From: Squalus acanthias
Taxonomy: Eukaryota
Length of the DNA stretch: 64,000 bases
Direction: 5' to 3'
Assembly (NCBI GenBank): GCA_030390025.1
Contig: CM059431.1
Span: 132,062,001 to 132,126,000, forward strand
The translations under genes and the position numbers were made by a program. Position 1 is the stretch's first letter; each line of letters starts with the position of its first letter. Below are positions 23,459 to 36,510 of this stretch, piece after piece. Under the pieces are notes generated by a model. That model saw only the letters and a program-made list of their open reading frames with translations. It had not been told where the DNA came from and did not search any database.

Positions 23459-25964
23459 ACAGGGAAATCACAGAGATGTGCAAGAATTATAGAGTGGTGG
23501 TATTGGGGGACTTTATCCCAATCGATATTTGGGTAATTAATGTTAGAGTAAAGGAAAAGGAGTGGGAGGAATTTCTGAAATGTGTTCAGGAGAACCTCCT
23601 TGACCAGTATGTTCTCAGCCCAACTAGGAAGGAGGCATTGCTGAATCTGGTGCTGGGGAATGAGGTGGGCCAAATGGACCAAGTGTCTGTGGGAGAACAC
23701 TTGGGTAAGAGTGATCATCGTATCATAAGGTTTAGATTAGTAATGGAGGGGAGCAAGGAACAATCTAAAGTAGAACTTCTAAATTGGAAGAGGGCTAACT
23801 TCAATGGGATGAGAGGGGATCTAGCCAGGGTAAACTGGAACCAAAGATTGACAGGAAAAACTGTAACGGAACAATGGGTGATCTTTAAGGAGGAGATGTT
23901 TCAGGTACAGGCTAGGTACATTCCAACAAGAGGGAAATGTAGGGGAACCAAAGCCAGGGCTCCTTTGATGATGAGGGAGATAGAGAATATGATGAAACAA
24001 AAAAAGAGGCTGTATGATGCATGTCAGATGAATTCTTCAAGTGAGAACCAGGCCAAATACAATAAGTTGAGAGGGGAAGTGAAGAGGAAAATAAGACTGG
24101 CAAAGAGAGAATGTGAGAGTAGAATGGCAGTTAACATAAAAGGGAACACAAAAATCTTCTACCGGCATGTAAATAGTAAGTGGGTAGTAAGAGGCGGGGT
24201 GGGGCCTATTAGGGACAGAGGTGCAGGGCAAGGCTAGAATACTTAATGAGTATTTTGTATCGGTGTTTACTAAGGAAGAGGATGCTGGCAAAATATCGGT
24301 GGAAGCGGAGATGGTAGAGGTAATGGATGGGGTGAAAATTGATAGGCAGGATGTACTGGAAAGGCTGGATATGCTTAGAGTGGATAAGTCACCTGGTCTG
24401 GATGGCTTGCATCCCAGGTCGCTAAGGGAAGTGGGGGTGGAGATAACGGAAGGGCTTGCCATAATCTTCCAATCTTCCCTAGATATGGGGGAGGTGCCAG
24501 AGGATTGGAAAGTGGCAAATGTGACACCCTTGTTCAAGAAAGGGGGTAAGGACAATCCTAGTAACTACAGGCCGGTCAGTTTAACATCAGTGGTGGGTAA
24601 GTTTTTAGAAACAATAATCAGGGAAAAAATTAACAGGCACTTGGAGAAGTTTAAGTTAATTAAGGAGAGCCAGCACGGATTTGTAAAAGGCAGATCGTGT
24701 TTGACTAATATAATTGAATTTTTTGATGAAGTAACAGAGAAGGTTGATGAAGGGAATGCAGTGGATGTTGTCTATATGGATTTTAAGAAAGCGTTTGACA
24801 AAGTACCACATAAAAGGCTGGTTAACAAAATTGAGGCTCATGGAATAGGAGGGTCAGTGTTAGCTTGGATAAGAAATTGGCTTAAGGACAGAAAACAGCG
24901 AGTCGTGGTAAATAGTTGTTTTTTAGACTGGAGGATGGTAGAGAGTGGTGTTCCCCAAGGGTCAGTGCTGGGACCACTGCTTTTTTTGATATAAAGAAAT
25001 TACTTGGATATTGGAATACAGAGTAAAATTTTCAAAATTTGCCGATGATACCAAACTTGGAGGTGTGGCAAACAGTGAGAGGATACCAATCGACTGCAAC
25101 AGGACATAGATAGGCTAGCAGAATGGGCAGACAAATGGCAGATGAAATTTAATACAGAGAAGTGTGAGGTGATGCATTTTGGCAGAAGGGATAGGGAGAG
25201 GCAATATAGACTTAATGGCACAGTTCTAAAGAGTGTGCAGGGACAGAGGGACCTGGGGGTTCATTTGCATAGATCTTTGAAGGTGGCAGGACATATTGAG
25301 AGAGTAGTTAGCAAAGCATATGGGATCTTGGGCTTCATAAATAGCAGTATTGAGTACAAAAGCAGGGAAGTTATGCTGAACCTTCATAAAGCTCTGGTTA
25401 GGCCTCAACTGGAGTATTGCATCCAGTTCTGGTCACCACACTTTTGGAAGGGTGTGAAGGTCCTTGAGAGGGCGCAGAGGAGATTTACCAGAATGGTTCC
25501 AGGGATGAGGGATTTTAGCTACAAGGTTAGGTTGGAGAAGCTGGGGTTGTTCTCCTTGGAGCAAAGGAGGTTGAGGGGAGATTTGATTGAGGTGTACAAG
25601 ATTATGACGGGTTTGGATAAGGTAGACAGAAAAAGGCTGTTCCCATTAGTTGATGGTACAAGGACTAGGGGACACAGATTTAAGGTTTTGGGCAAGAGAT
25701 ACAGGGGGATGTAAGGAAGAACTTTTTTAAGCAGCGAGTGGTAATTACCTGGAACTCGCTGCCGACGAGGGTGATGGAAGCAGAGACGATCAATGATTTC
25801 AAATGGAAATTGGATAGGCACTTGAGGGAAATAAACTTGCAGGGCTTCGGGGATAGAGAGGGGGAATGGGACTGACAGGATTGTTCTACAGAGAGCTGGC
25901 ATGGACTCGATGGGCCGAATTGCTTCCTTCTGTGCCGTAATGACTCTATATGTCTCTATGACTC
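23459..25964 (+). mobile_element. CR1 LINE, 5' truncated within the endonuclease, frameshifted ORF2, with tail
   Basis: ORFs 23476-24237, 24221-24994 and 25142-25714 carry EN and RT motifs. CTCTATGA tail. Confidence 0.95.
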
Positions 25965-27499
25965 ATTTTCTGTCTTTTCAGAGGCTTTCCTTTACCATCC
26001 GAGGCCTGGCAAGTGTCCAGCAGCACTCTCTGCACTCCCTGCACACTTTAAAAATGTTTAACATATAATGCAGCAAGCCACTACTTCAATAAAATATTTA
26101 AAAATCCAGTCCAAAAGCTTAAATGCAAAGTTACCTGAAAGATGTGTGTGTCCCTTTAAGAAGTACTGACAGCATCTGTGTCAATCTGCAGCACACTCAC
26201 TTTTCATGGCGAGCTTAGGACCCAGCGCTAAACTCAGTGCAAAGGTCCAAGTTCGCAGAGTGTGACGTTAAGTCGGCATTGCACGCCAACTGACGTCACG
26301 CTCTCCATATTTTCATGTCCAGGGCCAGTGCTGCTATCGGCAGCGCTAAGGCCCTCACCAAAATGGCGGCATTGAGTCCCGCGCCAGAGGCGGGCGTTAG
26401 AGCGGTGGCCGCCATTTTTTTCCAGGATTGCAGTGCAAACGGGTGGCAGTAAGTAGCTCAATTTCTGGGCCATAGCCTATTCTGACATACATTTAAAATT
26501 GAAGCATGTATTTAATTAGATTTGAAAACTATGCCACTGTTGCTGATCTAGTAGTCATAGGTAACATTCAGCAAACGTTAACCACTCTAAATCTTATCCA
26601 TACCCACACTATTCACTGAGACACTATCAAATAGAGTAGTTAGACGCTAAATTGGTCCATGTAGCACCCGTGTTCTAGGTGCTACAGGGCCACATAAGGA
26701 GCGAAAATGGGGTCCAAGATGCACGTGCACAGTTCCAACGGGAAGTACCCAGGACACCATGTTGAAGGGGTTTGCGAGCATGACACCAGCAAAATGTAGA
26801 GCAGAGCGATGACAGCGCATGTCAGTGTGCAACGTTGGTTTGACGCCAGAGCTGCCATTTCGAACTCCACTCTCCAGCCAATGCCCTGTCTTAACATTGC
26901 ACAGCTGAACACGATGTTAAATGGAATGAAGGACCCCCCACCAGCACTATTTAATGGAATCATGAAGTACTTACACATTAGTTGCTGGATTATTTCTTCT
27001 GGCTGCTGGTGCAATTGTACGCATCTTTAGAGCTTTCCTATACTTTGCTAAAGTTTGAATAGTCTACAGGGAGTGGTCTGGCTGGTCTTGAACTACTGTT
27101 TTAGTCATTTTAAATCTTGCGCTGAAACAAGTTGCTTCCAGACATGGTTGGGCTGGTCGGGTTTCCTCTGGGAATTGAACATTTCTGGGAGAATTAAGAG
27201 AGGCCACGCAGAGCAGGACAAGCTGCGAGAAGAGGGAGGACGGGAGAAGGGCACTCAGCTGGAGGCCATATCCGCCGAGGGTCTTTAGGGAGCAATTCTC
27301 TTACCTCAACTTCAGCGAGGACCAGTGCCTGAGATGTCTCCACTTCACAAAAAAGGTTACGAGTGAAATCTGCCAAAGGCATCTGGCCAAAATATAGCCT
27401 CAAAGCAGGGTAAGGACATTATTGCCTGTGGCTGTCAAGGTGTCCGTGACTCTTAGCTTTTATGCATCTGGCTCCTTTCAGGCTACTGCTGGAGATAAT

Positions 27500-28264
27500 G
27501 GCCCAAAAATTCGGCCCTTCCCGCGTGGGTACACAGTGTGTACTCACCCGTATTGCTTCCCGAAGTGCCGGTTTCCTGCATGCACTGCGCATGTGCGGGA
27601 AACCGGAACTTCCGGTATGGTGAAGGGGGCGGTTCCTAGGTGAACCGCGCGCGCGCTAGAGGCTGCGCGCACGCAGCACACTTAGATTTTTTTTCAGGTT
27701 TCTACGCGAGGGTAAGTATTGAAGATACTACGCTAATAAAAAGGAGGCGTAAGACCCCTTTTGAACAAGGTAAGTGGTTAATTAAGTATAATTTAAAATT
27801 TTTTTCAACAGGTTTATCTTTTTTAGATACTTTAAAGAAAGGTAAGTTTATTTTTATAACTTTTAAAAAGTATTTTAATTTTTTCAAAAATTTAAATTTT
27901 TGTTTAAAGTGGTTAATTTATTTAACTATAGTTATTTTATTAATGTGATGGTTTTTAAAAAAAATTTATTTGAGGTTTAGCTGTTCTTTTGGGGCCGATT
28001 TCAATTCACAGATTTGACAGGTCTCCTGTCAAATCTATGAATGAAAGATGGTCTGCTGCCATTGGCTCTCCATGGCCCATGTGATCCCAGGGGTCGCATC
28101 GCACTAACTGCGCCCCTGGAACACGCAAGCACTGCGCGCCGGCAGTTGGGAGAGGCCCAGGACCCGAAGTTCCCGTGGGCCCAAAACACAACGGCAGGCG
28201 CGGTAGGTAAGAGCGCGCGCGATCCTTACCCCGGCGGCAAGCCGGACACGCGAATTTCTGGGCC
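27500..28264 (+). mobile_element. Harbinger-type MITE family M1, copy 2
   Basis: TIR GGCCCA(A/G)AAATTCG, TSD AAT/AAT. Inserted in a transposase pseudogene. Confidence 0.93.
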
Positions 28265-28322
28265 AATAAGTAACATTTTGCAGTGCACACTGTACAAGGG
28301 AGGTTACTGAGGCTCTCTATAC

Positions 28323-28625
28323 CAGTGTTTCTCAAACTAGGGTCTTTGGACCCCTGGGGATCCGTAGAGACTTTCCAGGGGGTAGGCGGCTGGAGGTAAT
28401 TTCAAGCCTACTCCTCTTTATAAAACCGACACTGATTCAGTTCTTGCGAATTATTGTCAATGGCTGGGCCCGCCTCCTCTCAGAGGCCCACAGCTCTCAC
28501 ACACTTTGCACAAGCGCTCCCTGCCGGTCGGGCCAGTTCCTCTCCCTGGTGCTGTGAATCTCCCAACACAAGATCAGAGCGCCTGCAGGGCTCTTCAAAC
28601 ACGAGCCTGAACATGTTCACGTAAA
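28323..28625. mobile_element. hAT (Charlie-like) terminal fragment
   Basis: Begins CAGTGTTTCTCAAACT.GGGTC...GACCCCTGGGG, a typical hAT MITE end. The other end is not seen. Confidence 0.5.
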
Positions 28626-29439
28626 TATGTGCAATGGCTCATGACTCCGGTCCAGAACCCACGTACACGTGCACAACAGGCTTACAGTGAGAGCCATGCT
28701 CCCACAAGAAATATTATACAGCACACCATCTGCCTCATCAAGCAATGCTTCCATTGCCTGAACTGCTCTGGAGGAGCCATGCAGTACTTGGCTGAGCAGG
28801 TATTGAGATTTATGTTAGTATGCTGTATGCTGAACAACCTGGCCATTATGAGGGAACAGCCCTTGCCACCACCTATCAGGCAAGAAGCTCAGAAGCACGG
28901 GGTGGAAGAGGAGGTGGAAGTGGAGGAGGAGAAGGTGGAAGTGCAATAGGAAATGGAGGAATAGGAAGAGGAAGAGAGGATGCAACGTGATCAGAATATT
29001 CATGAGCGATACCAGTAACCTCAAAAATACCTCCCCATTCACCAACAGTCCCATGCTCCTTACTTTTCCTCTATTACTGACCATCACATTGTCCTCTTTC
29101 CGGCAAAATAAAAGCCACCAGAAAATGCACATTCCAATCCAATTTTATAAATTCACTCATTACATAATGCATACAAAATTAAACTAATCACCCTTGTGCA
29201 TTCCCTTTGTGCCTGTCTTCCTTTGCCTGTCCTTGTGCTCCTATGAGGTGCTTCCCCCATAGCTGCAGCATGGGTGGTGGAAGGCTGCTGTCCTTCAATT
29301 GAGGAGACTGCAGATGGCCTTGGAGGATGACCTAGAGGGCCTGGCTTCAGACTGCACCATGTTGGGATGTAGAGCGAGATTTTCTGCCCATTCAGACTCA
29401 GTTGGCAGAAAATCTAGCTCATAGCTCCATCATCACTGC

Positions 29440-29768
29440 AGTGCTCTGATATAGCCCAAGTGCCTGTTTTTAAAGGTTAAGCCTAGACAATGAGTGTTGG
29501 CAGATTATTTGACCATAGAGTGCTGTACAGCCAAACCTGATCCTGTCCTTGCCTGGCATTCACACATGAAAATTTTATAACACAGGTGATTGGAAACAAT
29601 CAGCATCAAGATCCCTGGCTGAATTTTTTACTGTTCTTTGCTTGGGGGTGCTGAGGTCAATCACTGCACCCAAACTGCTGCACTTGGTGACCAGGAATGA
29701 ACCCGAGAACTTCTGTTCTTTCTGGCTTAGTGCTACACCAGGTAGTGCTTTTATGTACTAGAGAGCTT
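29440..29768 (-). mobile_element. Old tRNA-derived SINE-like repeat
   Basis: B-box-like GGTTCATTCC on the minus strand (~29694-29703) downstream of an A-box-like head. Degenerate. Confidence 0.4.
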
Positions 29769-30090
29769 TATTTACATTTTGCATTTTCTAAAATCAGTGT
29801 TTCTATTGGTATTTATACATGCAAGTTTATACATGCCCTCCATACGCAAATTTCTAGTTGCAAAATATACCCTACCTCCATCCCTTTGAGTGACCCACTT
29901 GGCTTTCAAATGTTTCAGTGGATTCATCTTGTGCATTAATCATTATGAAATGTCTTCAACTATTAAAAATTGTGCATGCTGGCACATTAGCAGGTTCTTA
30001 TTTTTTCACTCTTTTGTGCCAAGGTCAGCAGAGCTGGGGAGGTGAGAAGCGAATTACCTCTTCTTCTTATTGAGTTCTATACATTTCCAT

Positions 30091-30162
30091 TTATTGTCAT
30101 AGTGCTTCTTATTGTCATAGTGCTTCTTATTGTCATAGTGCTTCTTATTGTCATAGTGCTTC
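30091..30162. repeat. Tandem repeat TTATTGTCATAGTGCTTC x4
   Basis: Four perfect 18-bp copies. Confidence 0.95.
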
Positions 30163-31004
30163 TTTATGCACAGTAAGGTATAAATTACTGTTGAGGATGT
30201 TAGTACGAACACTGAATGCGCTCACATTAAATTAATTTCTCAGTTATTTTAACTCTTAATATTGCCCACAGTATTCTCTGCCCTAATATGTCTTAAAAAG
30301 GAATTAATTTATTACTTGCTTTTAAAATCGTTAAAATATATTAACAAAAGTGTTCTGTGTCCTAAAAATTGTAATGTATTAGTAGTTTACAGTGTTAACG
30401 CCATCAAAATAATATTGACTTAAATTAATCCACTGTATAAATTGCTGCAGTGGAGCTGAATTCAATTTGGAGCTAAACAGCACCCATCCAGTTGCTGGTT
30501 TCATTTCAAATTTCAGAGGTTTCACTTCTAATTTAGACCATGTAAATTGGAAATTCAAAGCAAAGCATCTTCTCTACCCCATAATGCATTGGGCATGACC
30601 GGGATGTTGAAGTATTCTGGGTATTCAATTAAAGTAGCAAATTGGATCTGATGTCACTGGTGGCTAAGGAGAACTTATCTTCCTTCCATGGTGCAAATTG
30701 GATGAAAATCAAAAGTGGAATCCGTTCCTTCAGATTGCAACAGTCACAAATGTGGTGAAAAATGTGCTGTATAAAGAATGACCATTTTACGGTCATGATG
30801 CAAGTCTCTACACTGTGCCTATCTATCAGCAAAGCTAACAACACAATTTATCTAAGAAAAGTACATCTTTTGTGCAATATGCATTTTGCAGACCAGTAGG
30901 GATTACACCAAGCATCACAGCATGTCAGACCCCAACATAAGATTATGTCAGGTATTACTCTACCACTTGTAAGTACAGATAACCACTTATTGTAGAGTTT
31001 GCAT

Positions 31005-32670
31005 TTTTAAAAATTAATTCATGGGATGTGGGCATCGCTGGCAAGACCAGTATTTATTGCCCATCCCTAATTGCCCTTGAGAAGGTGGTGGTGAGCCGCC
31101 TCTTGAACCACTGCAGTCCGTGTGGTGAAGGTACTCCCACAGTGCTGTTAGGGAGGGAGTTCCAGGATTTTAACCCAGCGATGATGAAGGAACAGCGATA
31201 TACTTCCAAGTCAGGATGGTGTGTGATTTGGAGGGGAACTTGCAGGTGATGATGTTCCCATGCGTCTGCTGCCCTTGTCCTTCTAGGTGGTAGAGGTCGT
31301 GGGTTTGGAAGGTGCTGTTGAAGAAGCCTTGGCACGTTGCTGCAGTGCATCTTGTAGATGGTACACACTGCAGCCACAGTGCACTGGTGGTGGAGGGAGT
31401 GAATGTTTAAGGTGGTGGATGGGGTGCCAATCAAGCAGACTGCTTTGTCCTGGATGGTGTCGAGCTTCTTGAGTGTTGTTGGAGTTGCACTTATACAGAC
31501 AAGTGGAGAGTATTCCATCACACTCCTTACTTGTGCCTTGTAGATGGTGGAAAGGCTTTGGGGAGTCAGGAGGTGAGACACTCGCCGCAGAATACCTAGC
31601 CTCTGACCTGCTCTTGTAGCTGCATTATTTATGTGGCTGGTCCAGTTAAGTTTCTGGTGCATAGTGACCAAATGGTGGGGGTTTCGGCGATGGTAATCCC
31701 ATTGAATGTCATGGGGAGGTGGGTAGACTCTCTCTTCTTGGAGACAGTCATTGCCTGACACTTGTGTGGCGCAAATGTTACTTGCCACTTATAAGCCTAA
31801 GCCTGAATGTTAACCACGTCTTGCTGCATGCGGGCATGGACTGCTTCATTATCTGAGGAGTTGCAAATGGAACTGAACACTGTGCAGTCATCAGCGAACA
31901 TTCCCACTTCTGACTTTATGATTGAGCAAAGGTCATTGATGAAGCAGCTGAAGATGGTTGGGCCTAGGGCACTGCCCTGAGGAACTCCTGCAATGATTTC
32001 CTGGGGCTGTGATGATTGACCTCCAACCACCACAACCATCTTCCTTTGTGCTAGGTATGACTCCAGCCAGTGGAGAGATTCCCCCTGATTCCCTGACTTC
32101 AATTTTACTAGGGCTCCTTGATGCCACACTCGGTCAAATGCTACCTTGTTGTCAAGGGCAGCCATTCTCATCTCACCTCTAGAATTCAGCTCCTTTGTCC
32201 ATGTTTGGACCACAGTCTGGTGCAGAGTGGTCCTGGCGGAACCCAAACTGGGCATCAGTGAGCAGGTTATTGGTGAGTAAGTGTGACTTAAAAGCATTCT
32301 CAACAACACCTTCCTTCATTTTGCTGATGATTGAGAGTAGGCTGATGGGGCGGCAATTGGCCAGATTGGATTTGTCCTGCTTTTTGTGGACAGGACATAC
32401 CTGGGCAATTTTCCACGTTGTCTGGTAGATGCCAGTGTTGTAGCTGTACAGGAACAGCTTGGCTAGAGGCGCAGCTAGTTCTGGAGCACAAGTCTTCAGC
32501 ACGATAGCCAGGATGTTGTCGGGGCCCACAGCCTTTGCTGTATCCAGTGCGCTCAGCCGTTTCTTGATATCATGTGGAATGAATCGAATTGGCTGAAGAC
32601 TGGCTTCAGTGATGGTGGGGACCTCAGGAGGAGGCCGAGATGGATCATCCACTCGGCACTTCTGGCTGAA
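31005..32670 (-). mobile_element. LINE family B (CR1/jockey group), 5' truncated, RT region and 3' end
   Basis: KAVGPDNI, RPISLLS, QFGFR, AFDRVWH, GVPQGSALGP, FADD and YKAQVRSVMEY across frameshifted ORFs. Confidence 0.92.
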
Positions 32671-32847
32671 AATCATATAACTAGACTGCCACACACTCCA
32701 AGTATGATACTACGTTCATACAACTTGTTAACCTGAGCAGATGTCTTTCCCTGCATCTTTGTCATTCAATTGTTATGTGTATAGATCACTTAATGTACCA
32801 ACTGGTGCCCCTTTTTTTTAGCTTCTTCCTCCATCATGTTTCATTTT

Positions 32848-33525
32848 AAAACAGTCAGACAAGTTGAGAAGACTGTTAAAAAAGTATACGGGATCCATGG
32901 CTTTATAAACAGAGGCATCGAGTACAAAAGCAAGGAAGTTATGCTAAACCTTTATAAATCACTGGTTAGGCCCCAGTTGGAGATTTGTGTCCAATTCTGG
33001 GCACCAAACTTTAGGAAGGATGTCAAGACATTAGATGGGTGAAGAGGAGATTTACTGGAATGGTAGCAGGGATGAGGGACTTCAGTTTTGTGGAGAGATT
33101 AGAGAAGCTGGGATTGTTCGTCTGGGCAGCGAAGGTTAAAGGGAGATTTGATAGAGGTGTTCAAAATCATGATGTGTTTTGGTAGAGTAAATAAGGAGAA
33201 ACTGTTTCCAGTGCCAGAAGAGTTGGTAACCAGAGGACGTAGAGTTAAGGTAATTGGCAAAAGAGCCAGAGGTGAGATGAGGAGAATTTTTTTTAAGCAA
33301 CGTGTTGTTATGATCTGGAATGGGCTGCCTGAAAGGGTGGTGGAAGCAGATTCAGTCCTAACTTTCAAAAGGGAATTAGATAAATACTTGAAGGGAAAAA
33401 TTTGTAGCGCTATGAGGAAAGAGCAGCGGAGTGGGACTAATTGGATAGCTCTTTCAAAGAGCCTGCACAGGCACGATGGGCCGTATGGCCTCCTTCTGGG
33501 CTGTATTATTCTATAATTCTATGAT
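32848..33525 (+). mobile_element. CR1 3' fragment with tail
   Basis: INRGIEYKSKEVMLNLYKSLVRPQLE...WNGLP and an ATTCTAT tail. Confidence 0.9.
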
Positions 33526-33679
33526 AGTCAATCATCAGCAACTATTAACCCCCATTTTTTACCAAGTTTACACTTCAAAAAAATTGACTTAGCTTGTACA
33601 AGTACAGATCAGAACACAATATCTAAATTTTATCCATTTGGTGATTCTATCCTATTATTAAAAAAATTGCAAGATGTGA

Positions 33680-34980
33680 CTATGGTTGAGAGGCTTTAGT
33701 CATGAGGAGAGATTAGAGCAACTGGGGTGCTTTTCATTAGGACAAAGAATGTTGAGAGGAGATCTGGCAGAGGTGTTCAAAATAATGAGAGGTATTGATA
33801 AAATAAATAGGGAAAAATTATTTTCACTTGTCAGTAAGTCAGTATCTAAATAGCATAAATTTAAGATCATCACCAAAAGAATGAAGGGAGAGGCTAAGGG
33901 CTGGATTTTGTCAATGGGGACGTGATGGAGGCGGGACTCCCACTTTTTGGGTTGTAGTCCCGCCTCCATCGACTTGTGGCCAACCCACTGTATTTTCCCT
34001 TGATTGACCTTGTTAAGCCCGCCCAGCGGGCTCAGCAGGCCAATCAAGGGTCCCTTGGATACGGGAGCTGTCAGCCATTGAAATTTTATCTGTCAAGAGC
34101 TTTTGACAGATGAAATTTCAGCGTTTGACAGCTCTGTGAATCTGTCAAACACTGACAATATGATTTCTAACGTGAGTCCCTGTACTTAGACTCAGTTAGA
34201 AATCAATCCAGCACAGAAAGCAGAGACTGCAGCTTTTGACAGCTCCGCGGCCATTCTGCTTTCTGTGCCGGTGAGCTGAGGGACTCCCGAGAACTGAAGG
34301 GAGGAAGCCTGCAGGACAAAGTTAAGGTAAGTACAAGTTCTTAAAACACTTTACACACACCAAACACACTTACCTCTGCACTCATGCACCCATCACTCAC
34401 CTGCACACCGGACATCTCGACCCCTCCAAGCCCTCCAGACCGACGGTCCGCCTCGCTAAATCAGTGTGGTTCGGACCTGTCGGGAAGCCCACACTTCAGG
34501 GCTAAAAATAGGGATTAGGTAAAAAAACTGCCTGTTAACTACCTGTTAACAGGCAGTTTATTGGCACTAATCCCCTTCCCTGCCTCGGGGAGGCGGGTCC
34601 CAGCACAGGTCGGGTACCTGCCTCCTGGGAAACTGGCATGGAGGCGGGTTGGGGGCGGGATGGGTTCGGGACCCCCGAATCTGCTATTTTCCCACCCCAC
34701 ACGCCTCCAAACCTGCCTCCACGGGTCAATGAAAATTCTGCCCTAAGAGTTTTTTTTATATACAGAGGGTTGTTAGGACATGGAATGCTCTATCAGAAAC
34801 AGTGATTGAAGTAGAATCCATAATAGCTTTTAAAAAGAAGTATATAAATATTTTAAAAAGAAAAAAATTGTAAGTTTATGGGGAAAGAGCAGGGAAATCA
34901 AACTATTTGGATAGCTCTTTCAGAGATTCGACACAGGTACAATGGGCTGAATGACCTTCTGCGCTTTAAAATTCTATGGT
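33680..34980 (+). mobile_element. Old CR1 3' fragment interrupted by a MITE
   Basis: EERLEQLG.FSL...LRGDLAEVFKIM before the insertion. RVVRTWNAL and a tail after it. Confidence 0.8.
33898..34743. mobile_element. Harbinger-type MITE (846 bp)
   Basis: TIR GGGC(T/A)G(G/A)ATTTT and canonical TAA/TAA TSD. Confidence 0.88.
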
Positions 34981-35746
34981 TTTCATTTTCTACAATAAAA
35001 CCTAACATTGATGTCTTCTTTTTAATTTTTGGGATTCAGCCATAATTTGACGATACACTTAGCATAATTCTACCAGAGAAAATGATACATTACATTCATC
35101 AGATGCGATCTGGGGAGTTGGTCCAGGAGAAGTGTCTAAACTGACTGGAACACAAAGTAGCAGTGACTGAATGACTGTGATCTAGAGTATCAAGGTGGGG
35201 AAAAAGTCTACGTTGTTCAGTATTTTGTCCATCCAACAGAAAAAGTCTGTATTGATCAAGGCCTGAGGTGTCAATAATGGGGAAAATTACTTGTCATCCA
35301 TGGTCTTTAGCATCAGGACAAAGACCCTTGGCTTGTAAAGTCTTAAATAGAAATCTGAAAATCCTGATGTGTACATCAAAGTGAGCCTGGTAGAAGAGCC
35401 TGAGGCACTGCCGATGAGAACCTGTCTATCAGTGATGTATGTCACAGTAAATTGCTGTTGTATTTGGTTTATCCATTAGCTAAACTTGAAATAGCTTTAC
35501 AACAGCTGCCACAGAAGGAGCCTATAGTGGAATGCAATCTAAAGGCAAACGGGAGACTTGGGACGTATTAGATTGAAGAGTGGTAGTTGTATGGTTTGAT
35601 GCCTCAATATGTTGCACAAAGTGCTTAACAGGCATTTATGATGCAGTTAGGATGGGGTAGAGAAAAAGCTCAGTTCTGCTATTGTTGGGTTTAACTAAGT
35701 TAGCTCACTCATTTCTTCTTGTCATGTGGCCACATCCACCGAGAAT

Positions 35747-36510
35747 GGCCCAAAAATTCGGCCGTTCTCGGGTGAGTATGGACTGTATACTCACCCGTAT
35801 TCATTCCCGAAGTGCCGGTTCCCTGCATGCACTGCGCATGCGCGGGAAACCGGCACTTCCGGTATGGCGAAGGGGGCGGTTCCTAGGTGAACTGCGTGCG
35901 CACTAGAGGCTGCGCGCACGCAGCACACTTAGGTTTTTTTCAGGTTTCAACGCGAGGGTAAGTATGGAAGATTCTACACAAGTAAAAAGGAGGCGTAAGA
36001 CCCCTTTTTGAACAAGGTAAGTAGTTAATTAAGTATAATTTTAAATTTTTTTCAACAGGTTTATCTTTTTTAGAGACTTTAAAGAAAGGTAAGTTTATTT
36101 TTATAACTTTTAAAAGTATTTTAATATTTTCAAAAATTTAAATTTTTGTTTAAAGTGGTTAATTTATTTAACTATAGTTATTTTATTAATGTGATGGTTT
36201 TTTAAAAAAATTATTTGAGGTTTAACTGTTCTTTTGGGGCCAATTTTAATTCACAGATTTGACAGGTCTCCTGTCAAATCTATGAATGAAAGATGGTCTG
36301 CTGCCATTGGCTCTCCATGGCCCACGTGATCCCAGGGGTCGCATCGCACTAACTGCGCCCCTGGAACACGCAAGCACTGTGCGCCGGCTCTTGGGAGAGG
36401 CCCAGGACCCGAAGTTCCTGTGGGCCCGAAACACAACGGCAGGCGCGGTGGGTAAGAGCCGCGCGCGATCCTTACCCCCGCGGCAAGCCGGCCACCCGAA
36501 TTTCTAGGCC
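35747..36510 (+). mobile_element. Harbinger-type MITE family M1, copy 3
   Basis: Same TIRs and internal sequence as 27500-28264. No intact TSD (AAT/TCT). Confidence 0.92.

Larger units (their letters stand above)
21592..26471 (-). mobile_element. Decayed Harbinger element interrupted by a Penelope palindrome and a CR1
   Basis: Myb remnant on + (CPKKLHDLRLVVKVS, ~22090-22155). Transposase C-terminus and acidic tail on - (22905-23335). TIR AATTTCTGGGCC at 26460-26471. Left boundary approximate. Confidence 0.65.
26643..29360 (+). mobile_element. Decayed Harbinger element with transposase pseudogene (~27150-29015), interrupted by MITE M1 and a hAT-like piece
   Basis: PVAVKVSVTLSFYASGSFQATAGD (27422-27496) and WLMTP...ESH..TRNII...KQCFHCL...CCMLNN plus acidic tail (28629-28980). 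Homologous to 13086-14251. Confidence 0.85.

Noticed and set aside
22868..23718. Lys/Arg-rich, Ser-rich and Phe/Leu-rich ORFs
   Set aside because: They are alternative readings of a 15-bp tandem repeat.
35040..35450. Possible ancient Penelope remnant on the minus strand
   Set aside because: Too degenerate to support by eye.
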